Source of the DNA: Candidatus Nanopusillus sp.
Lineage (GTDB): Archaea; Nanobdellota; Nanobdellia; Nanobdellales; Nanobdellaceae
Direction: 5' to 3'
DNA: 32,000 bases
Assembly: GCA_028275885.1 (NCBI GenBank)
Contig: JAPWTW010000005.1
Span: forward strand, 30,001 to 62,000
In this document: one piece after another, positions 26,008-32,000 of the stretch
Position numbering within the stretch: the first letter of the stretch is position 1
Layout of the letters: each line of letters starts with the position of its first letter
Notes under the pieces: generated by a model
Database searches by the model: none
Told to the model about the DNA's origin: nothing
The model's input: the letters and a program-made list of their open reading frames with translations, nothing else
Translations under genes and position numbers: made by a program

Positions 26008-26265
26008 AATTATAATTTTTAATTGTAAATCTTGTAAAGTAGATTCTTTGAAACAAACTATTATGGAAAATTCGAAGGAAAATGTAAAATTTGGCATTTA
26101 TAATTGATGTAAAGTAAGAGAAGGTGATTCTTCTGAAAAGGAGCTCTATCAATGCCATTATAAGGGATAGTTTGTAAAAAACATATTGAGTCTAAATTGG
26201 TAATAATTGAAAGTTCATCAATAGAAAAAGTCAAAGACCCTCTTAAGAGAAAAACTTTATGAAGA

Positions 26266-26436
26266 ATGGAGAAAGGAGGTGGTCATCCTGATTTTGTTTG
26301 GACGATGCAATATTTTGAAAATTTTGAAATGAAGGAGAGAGGAAAGAGAAAAATTAAACTAAAAATAGAGAAATTACTCTATATGACAAATCTTCAGAAA
26401 AATTTACTAAAGAGAAAATATCTTCTAAAGATGTAG
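26266..26436 (+). pseudogene. 56-codon ORF that overlaps a second, start-less open frame ending in two hydrophobic helices. Either a frameshifted gene remnant or a recoded small membrane protein.
   Basis: The ATG at 26266 gives MEKGGGHPDFVWTMQYFENFEMKERGKRKIKLKIEKLLYMTNLQKNLLKRKYLLKM, with a stop at 26434-26436. The -1 frame is open from 26358 to 26564: ...KEKISSKDVAVVLVLLLYLFLILLNYLTAVHYTMIFPFIIIVLGLIIVILR. No ATG lies near its 5' end. Confidence 0.3.
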
Positions 26437-27045
26437 CAGTTGTATTAGTACTGCTCTTATATCTTTTCTTAATCTTATTAAATTATCTTACAGCTGTACA
26501 TTATACCATGATATTTCCTTTTATTATTATTGTTTTAGGTCTTATAATTGTAATTCTTAGATAGTTACTTACTAAATTTTGATGGTTTTATCATTTGAGA
26601 TATTAGTAAATATAAATTTAGTTATGGAAAGGAAAAGATAAAAATAACAATTACCTTTATTGTAGACTAATTTTTTTCATCTTATATTTTCTGTTATAAA
26701 AAGATTATAACTTCCTATAAAGGAGAAATTCAAGATATTATCATGGTGTGTTTATAGTTTTGTTTTGAATTCAAAGTAATTAGAAGTTATTTCAATTTAA
26801 TTTGGATCAATTGATGAATTTGCTAAAACTTTATGCAAATAATTTATCATAAAACTAAGCATTTAAAAAATTACTGAAATTCTGAAGATTTTTAATTATT
26901 GGTTTGTAAATAGAATTTTTTCATTAATTTATATAAATACTAAATTTACGCTCTAGATTTATCATTTAAATTTGGTGTTTTTTATATATTATATTTTTAT
27001 ATTTTATCTTAATATTTTTATAAAATATAAATAAAGAAAAAATTT

Positions 27046-27249
27046 TTATTCACCAGTCCAAACATATTTTCCACCCTGTTCTTTTATCATTCCCTTATTT
27101 ACATATCTTGTAATTAGTGCTTTTACAACTGCTGGTTTCTTTCCTAATTTATTTGCTATTTGTTGTGCTACTTTATCTACTTCATCCTTTGATACACCCT
27201 TTTTAAATGCAGCTTCTACTTCTGTCTTTAATTGAGATGTTGTTGCCAT
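27046..27249 (-). CDS. Small (67 aa) basic protein with a predicted three-helix plus wing (winged-helix-like) layout. Possible DNA-binding or chromatin protein.
   Basis: MATTSQLKTEVEAAFKKGVSKDEVDKVAQQIANKLGKKPAVVKALITRYVNKGMIKEQGGKYVWTGE. It is Ala/Val/Gly/Gln-rich with visibly higher G+C than the neighbours. An oligo-T tract follows the stop on the minus strand. The fold call is by eye. Confidence 0.4.
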   Translation of the reverse strand: MATTSQLKTEVEAAFKKGVSKDEVDKVAQQIANKLGKKPAVVKALITRYVNKGMIKEQGGKYVWTGE

Positions 27250-27301
27250 AAAAAATATATAGGTGAAATGATTATAAACTTTAAATAAAAAAATTTATAA
27301 G

Positions 27302-27772
27302 CTATTTATTTAAAACTTCTTTTTCATTCTTTAATATTCCTAAATCCTTAAGATAAATTAAAACAGCTCTTTTGCTCTTAAACTCATTACTTTTTGCTTT
27401 TTTATATAACTCTCTATATAACTTTTTATCAATTATATTTTTTTCTTTCAACTCTCTTAATAATTTTCTTATTGCTCTTATTCTTTTCATCCAATTTTCT
27501 TTCTTATTTGATCTTGCTTTTTTACTCCCTTTTTTAGATCCTGCCCCTCTTCTTCTTCCTTTTTTCTTCTGTTCTCTAATATAATTTGCCCATGTCCTAG
27601 ATTGTCCTTTAACATTTTTTACCCTTATTATTCCTTTATCAATTAAATCCAAAATATCAGATCTACTTAAAGCTTTAGATACTTCTTGTATTTTATTTGG
27701 ATTTATCCATATTCTATCTTTTCCAACACCTAGAATTTCTGATGCTAATCTTTTTTGTAATGATAAGTCCAT
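27302..27772 (-). CDS. rpl19e: Ribosomal protein eL19.
   Basis: LQKRLASEILGVGKDRIWINPN, GQSR, KKKGRRRGAGSKKG and WMKRIRAIRKLLRELK. Confidence 0.9.
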   Translation of the reverse strand: MDLSLQKRLASEILGVGKDRIWINPNKIQEVSKALSRSDILDLIDKGIIRVKNVKGQSRTWANYIREQKKKGRRRGAGSKKGSKKARSNKKENWMKRIRAIRKLLRELKEKNIIDKKLYRELYKKAKSNEFKSKRAVLIYLKDLGILKNEKEVLNK

Positions 27773-28218
27773 TATTTAACTATTACTTCCCCACCAATGT
27801 TTTTAACCTTTTCTATTGCCTTTTCTGATGCTTCTCTTACATATATTTTCATTTTTTTGCTAATTTTTCCAGCTCCTAATAATTTATCAACACCTATTTC
27901 ATCTAGATCAATTACATAATATTCTCCATCACTTTTTATTATTCCCTCAGATAATAAATAATCGAAATATTCTTCTATATCTCCTAAATTAATTATAGAT
28001 TTTTCAATATTATATTTAATACTTGTAAATCCTTTTTTATCTTCAAATCTTTCTGGAAATTCCTTAATTAACTTAATATATTTTTGTTTCTTAAATCTCC
28101 ATCCAGAGAAACCTGAACCACCTTTATTCCCTTTACCTCTATTTCTATCATTATACCCCCTTCTAGCATATCTTTGTCCGAGATATTTTCTATATTTTCT
28201 CTTTTTGTGAGCGACCAT
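27772..28218 (-). CDS. rpl15: Ribosomal protein uL15.
   Basis: A basic Gly-rich N-terminus (RGKGNKGGSGFSG) is followed by INLGDIEEY...LDEIGVDKLLGAGKISKKMKIYVREASEKAIEKVKNIGGEV, colinear with archaeal uL15. The stop overlaps the eL19 start by 1 nt. Confidence 0.8.
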   Translation of the reverse strand: MVAHKKRKYRKYLGQRYARRGYNDRNRGKGNKGGSGFSGWRFKKQKYIKLIKEFPERFEDKKGFTSIKYNIEKSIINLGDIEEYFDYLLSEGIIKSDGEYYVIDLDEIGVDKLLGAGKISKKMKIYVREASEKAIEKVKNIGGEVIVK

Positions 28219-28261
28219 AGATAACCAAATATTTTATTAAACAATTTTTAAATTTAATATA

Positions 28262-29551
28262 ATGTACAATTTACCCTCAGGATTAAGAGATTTTCCTCCT
28301 GAAATAAAGATATTGAGAAATAAAATATTTAGTAAAATAGAGGAAGTATTTCAAAGATTTGGATATGATCCAATAGAAACTCCAACAATAGAATATTGGG
28401 ATACATTGAAGGGAAAATATGGAGAAGAGGCTGAAAATAAATTAGTATGGAGATTTAAATTACCATATTCAGATAAAGAATATGCATTAAGATATGACCA
28501 AACAGTACCTTTGGTAAGATTTTTTTCAAATCATAGGCCAGCTTTACCATTCAAAAGATATGTAATAGATAAATCTTATAGATATGAGAATCCACAAAAA
28601 GGAAGATATAGAGAATTTTATCAGGCAGATTTTGATATAATTGGATCAAAGGAACCAGAATCTGATGCGGAGATATTAAATATAGTGAATTTTATATTTA
28701 AGGAATTTAATTTTTCAAATTATAAAATTATAATAAATGATAGAGAATTTTTAAGATTTATTTTTGAGAAAAAGTTAAATATAAGTGAAGAAAAAATAAA
28801 GAAAGTATATACAATAATTGATAAGTTAGATAAAATTGGAATAGAAAATGTAAAGAAAGAATTGAATAATGTTGTTGGGGAATTATCTGACAAAATTGTT
28901 GAAATAATATCATTAAAGAATCAGGAAGTAATTGATTATTTATCAAAATATGAAGAAATATCAAAAGAAATAAATTATTTTAATAATATATTAGATCTAT
29001 TAAATGATAAAAATAAAATAGAAATAAATTTGTCCTTAGTAAGAGGTTTAGATTATTATACTGGAATGATATATGAAGCAGTTGTTGAAAAACCAAAAAT
29101 TGGATCATTATCTGGAGGAGGAAGATATGATAATTTGTTAAAATTATTTACAAATGAAGAAATACCTGCTGTTGGTGGAAGTATTGGAGTAGAAAGATTA
29201 ATTGATGCTGGAATAGAATTGGGAATATTTAAGATTGATAAAAAAACTTATACAGAAATATGTGTAATATATTTTGAAGATACATTCAAAGATGCTTGGA
29301 ATATATGTAATAAATTGAGAGAAATTGGATTAAATTGTTATATTGATTTAATGAGAAGAAATTTTGATAAACAAATAAAATATGCAGTAGATAAAGATAT
29401 AAGGTTCTTATTAATTGTCGGAAAAAAAGAATTATCAGAAAATAGCGTTTTACTACAGGATAGGTATACGAAGGAAAGAATTAAAATCTCGATTAATAAT
29501 TTGGAAAATATCTACAGAATAGTAAAAAATAAGATAAAAAATAGTTATTGA
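28262..29551 (+). CDS. hisS: Histidyl-tRNA synthetase.
   Basis: Class IIa motifs: PSGLRDFPP, LRYDQTVPLVRF, GRYREFYQADFDIIG and GGGRYDNL, plus a C-terminal anticodon-binding domain. Confidence 0.95.
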   Translation: MYNLPSGLRDFPPEIKILRNKIFSKIEEVFQRFGYDPIETPTIEYWDTLKGKYGEEAENKLVWRFKLPYSDKEYALRYDQTVPLVRFFSNHRPALPFKRYVIDKSYRYENPQKGRYREFYQADFDIIGSKEPESDAEILNIVNFIFKEFNFSNYKIIINDREFLRFIFEKKLNISEEKIKKVYTIIDKLDKIGIENVKKELNNVVGELSDKIVEIISLKNQEVIDYLSKYEEISKEINYFNNILDLLNDKNKIEINLSLVRGLDYYTGMIYEAVVEKPKIGSLSGGGRYDNLLKLFTNEEIPAVGGSIGVERLIDAGIELGIFKIDKKTYTEICVIYFEDTFKDAWNICNKLREIGLNCYIDLMRRNFDKQIKYAVDKDIRFLLIVGKKELSENSVLLQDRYTKERIKISINNLENIYRIVKNKIKNSY

Positions 29552-29723
29552 TAGGTTATTAATATTATAAATATTTTCTATTAGGATAGAGAAAATCTTA
29601 AAAATCTATTTATAAAATTTATTAAAAAGAAAATTTATATATTTCAAAAGAGAATATATAATGCTCTTTTTATGCTAAAAATAAAAAATGGAATAATATA
29701 TACTACTTTGAAATTAATAAATT

Positions 29724-30782
29724 TTACTTTTCATAGACAATACCTTTTGTAAAGACCCAATTAATTATAGAAGCAATAAATATAGCAAGAAGTTGTGATA
29801 TCAAATATTCCATTCTAAATACATAATAAAATAATAAGGCGAATAAATATTGAGCAGGCTTTGACAATAAACTTCTCCCCCCTAAAAATAATAAAAATCT
29901 TTCCCAAAGCTTTCTTTTCTTAATTTTAAATACAAACAAATCATTTAAAATAAAATTCCATATAATTGAAATTAGAATTGCTAGAAAAGAAGAAATATAA
30001 AATGGAAGATAAGAGATCAATAAGTATAAAGACAATAAATTAATAAAAATTCCAGATAGTCCTACTAAATAGAACTTTATAAATTGAGAAATGTTAAATA
30101 ATAATAAAACCTGCTTTAAATATGAAAAAATTACTTTTTTACCCAATTTAGATTTTCCATATTTTCTTTCTCTAAATGTATATGGAATTTCTATTAATTT
30201 ATTATAATTTACTTTTACTAATATATCTAATAGAACCTTATAACTAAAAGGATCTGAAATATTAAAGTTATTTAATAGATCTTTTTTTATTAAGAAATAT
30301 CCACTTAGCGGATCTTTTACTTTTAATGTTTCTGGTAGAAAAATATATGCAATAATTATTGCTGTTTTTGATATAATTTCTCTTATAATATTCCAATTCT
30401 CTATTTTTCCTCCTTTAATATATCTTGATGCAATAACTAGATCATAACCCTCTAAAGCCTTTTCATACATTTTTCTTAATAATTCTGGAGGATGTTGTAG
30501 ATCAGCATCCATTAATATAACATATTTTCCATTAGAATACTTCAGTCCATCCAAGAAAGCCGATGATAAACCTTTCTTATATCCTCTTTCAATAAGTTTT
30601 ATATTTTTATATTCTTTTATTACTTTTTCTATTTCTTCAATTGTTCCATCTTTTGATCCATCATCTACAAAAATTATTTCATATTTTATATTATTTAAAC
30701 TTTCATTTATTCTTTTTACTAATTCATTAATATTTTCCTTTTCATTTAATGTTGGTATTATTATTGATACATCAATATTCAT
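29724..30782 (-). CDS. GT2 glycosyltransferase of the dolichyl-phosphate mannose/glucose synthase type, fused to a C-terminal GtrA-like membrane domain.
   Basis: VSIIIPTLNEKENI, VDDGSKDGT and MDADLQHPP are followed by four hydrophobic segments. Confidence 0.85.
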   Translation of the reverse strand: MNIDVSIIIPTLNEKENINELVKRINESLNNIKYEIIFVDDGSKDGTIEEIEKVIKEYKNIKLIERGYKKGLSSAFLDGLKYSNGKYVILMDADLQHPPELLRKMYEKALEGYDLVIASRYIKGGKIENWNIIREIISKTAIIIAYIFLPETLKVKDPLSGYFLIKKDLLNNFNISDPFSYKVLLDILVKVNYNKLIEIPYTFRERKYGKSKLGKKVIFSYLKQVLLLFNISQFIKFYLVGLSGIFINLLSLYLLISYLPFYISSFLAILISIIWNFILNDLFVFKIKKRKLWERFLLFLGGRSLLSKPAQYLFALLFYYVFRMEYLISQLLAIFIASIINWVFTKGIVYEK

Positions 30783-30837
30783 TGATTATTTTAAGTTCCT
30801 TATTTACTTTAAAAATATTTCTTTATATTATCATTAA

Positions 30838-31002
30838 ATGACAAGATTGGGTGGTACAAATAAAATAAATCATGTTATATGTAGAAGATGTGGTAGAAAA
30901 ACATATAATCCTAATAAAGGATATTGTTCACATTGTGGATTCGGGAGAAGTAGTAAAATTAGGGCTTATGCATGGTCGTATAAATTTAAAAGAAAATGGT
31001 AG
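30838..31002 (+). CDS. rpl37e: Ribosomal protein eL37 (54 aa). It is below the ORF-track cut-off.
   Basis: MTRLGGTNKINHVICRRCGRKTYNPNKGYCSHCGFGRSSKIRAYAWSYKFKRKW has the CxxC...CxxC zinc ribbon and the 'R.Y.W' tail of eL37. The TAG is at 31000-31002 and the gene overlaps the uS5 ATG. Confidence 0.85.
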   Translation: MTRLGGTNKINHVICRRCGRKTYNPNKGYCSHCGFGRSSKIRAYAWSYKFKRKW

Positions 31003-31754
31003 AAGAACAAAAAGAAGTTGAAGAAGTAAAAAAGGAACAGGAAGCTTTAGAAAAAATAGGATCACAAAAATTTGATATAGAATCTTGGAATCCAAAAACA
31101 AATCTTGGTAAATTAGTAAAGGAAGGAAAAATAAATTCAATTGAGCAAGTATTTAAGAATGGATATAAAATATTAGAACCAGAAATTGTAGATGCACTAA
31201 TACCAGATCTAAAATATGAATATATTAGATTATCATTATCTAAAGGTAAATATAGAAGGCCAAAATTTGTAAAGATGGTCCAAAGAAAAACTGCTGAAGG
31301 TAATAAGACATCATGGGTTTCTGTTGCTGTTGTTGGAAATGAAAATGGATATGTTGGTGTAGGAATTGGAAAATCTTCAGATATTGCTTTATGTATGGAA
31401 AAAGCATTAAGAAATGCAAAGTTAAATATTATACCAATTGCAAGAGGATGTGGATCATGGGAATGTGCATTTAAAACACCACATTCTTTACCATTTAAAG
31501 TTGAAGGATCTTATGGTTCTGTGAGAGTTATTCTATTACCAGCTCCAAGAGGGGTTGGATTGGTAGCACCTGAAGAAATGAAAAAAATATTTAGATTAGC
31601 AGGTATAAAAGATCTATGGATGAAATCCTTTGGACAGACTAGAAGAAGGTATAATTTTGCAATGGCGATTTATAATGCGTTAAGAAAAACAGTAGAATAT
31701 AGAATAAAGGAAGAATATGCCAAATATTCTGGATTAAAGATTGGATTTGTATAA
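30996..31754 (+). CDS. rps5: Ribosomal protein uS5.
   Basis: W.PKTNLGKLVKEGKI is present, with an S5 dsRBD and C-terminal domain (VAVVGNENGYVGVGIGKS, GSVRVILLPAPRGVGLVA). It has an E/K-rich N-terminal tail. Confidence 0.9.
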   Translation: MVEEQKEVEEVKKEQEALEKIGSQKFDIESWNPKTNLGKLVKEGKINSIEQVFKNGYKILEPEIVDALIPDLKYEYIRLSLSKGKYRRPKFVKMVQRKTAEGNKTSWVSVAVVGNENGYVGVGIGKSSDIALCMEKALRNAKLNIIPIARGCGSWECAFKTPHSLPFKVEGSYGSVRVILLPAPRGVGLVAPEEMKKIFRLAGIKDLWMKSFGQTRRRYNFAMAIYNALRKTVEYRIKEEYAKYSGLKIGFV

Positions 31755-31755
31755 A

Positions 31756-32000
31756 ATGGGATTGTTGGCAATTGTAAGGATAAAAGGAATAGTTAAGGCA
31801 AATAAAGAAATAAAGGATACATTATATTTATTAAGATTAAGAAGGAATAATTATGCAGTAATAATGAAGGATACAAAAGATATAAGAGGAATGATAAAAA
31901 AAGTAGAACCGTGGGTTGCATGGGGAGAAATAGATAAAGAAACATTAAAAGAATTATTATTAAAGAGAGGAAGATTAGAAGGAAATAAAAGATTAACAGA
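31756..32000 (+). CDS. rpl30: Ribosomal protein uL30 (L7e family), 3'-truncated by the window edge.
   Basis: The ATG at 31756 gives MGLLAIVRIKGIVKANKEIKDTLYLLRLRRNNYAVIMKDTKDIRGMIKKVEPWVAWGEI. This matches the uL30 pattern, and the gene follows uS5 as in the canonical operon. Confidence 0.85.
   Translation, partial: MGLLAIVRIKGIVKANKEIKDTLYLLRLRRNNYAVIMKDTKDIRGMIKKVEPWVAWGEIDKETLKELLLKRGRLEGNKRLT

Noticed and set aside
25970-26158. 62-aa minus-strand ORF.
   Set aside because: Its 3' part is the reverse complement of tRNA-Glu (ending ...PPPGFEPGSRG). It is an artefact.
26808-26885. Possible box C/D sRNA: TTGATGA at about 26810 with CTGA motifs at about 26874 and 26882.
   Set aside because: The first base of the C box is not a purine. 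No internal D'/C' boxes are present. The C-to-D distance (about 65-70 nt) is long for archaeal sRNAs. There is no terminal stem and no GC enrichment. Chance motifs are likely.
26008-27045. Integrated element bounded by a duplicated tRNA-Glu 3' end (att site), or a CRISPR array.
   Set aside because: No second copy of the tRNA 3' segment (GGTTCAAATCCCGGTGGGGGCA or a fragment) was found, and no integrase-like ORF or regularly spaced repeats. Only a 9-nt tandem duplication (ATTTTGAAA x2 at about 26313-26330) is present. The integration idea remains only a weak possibility in the finding above.

Overview
The window is extremely AT-rich (about a quarter G+C by eye) and very gene-dense, and it reads as archaeal. 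The five tRNA genes are GC-rich, which together with the compaction suggests a thermophilic, reduced-genome, Nanoarchaeota/DPANN-like organism. Most genes are information-processing genes. One minus-strand gene string, cdc6 -> PolD small subunit -> rpoL -> PIN-ATPase-KH -> ABCE1, starts next to a likely replication origin. Ribosomal protein genes are scattered in small fragments: S14-S8, L18, L22-S3, L15-L19e and L37e-S5-L30. Other calls are HisRS, an intein-containing class II-type ribonucleotide reductase, Hsp20, a NOG1 GTPase, MEMO, a NurA-like nuclease and a GT2 glycosyltransferase. tRNA-Ser(GGA), His(GUG), Ala(UGC), Leu(CAA) and Glu(CUC) have no introns and no encoded CCA. The points most worth a second look are: (1) a well-formed single-hairpin H/ACA guide RNA candidate 5 nt upstream of tRNA-Ser; (2) an 18-bp perfect inverted repeat in the cdc6-proximal spacer; (3) a GatE gene that stops at a domain boundary and may be a split gene; (4) two clusters, six ORFs in total, of sequon-rich proteins with very short pilin-like leaders; (5) about 1 kb with no long ORF downstream of tRNA-Glu, holding a frameshift-separated ORF pair; (6) uS14 with a roughly 70-aa N-terminal extension. 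All product calls come from reading motifs by eye. No database search was run.
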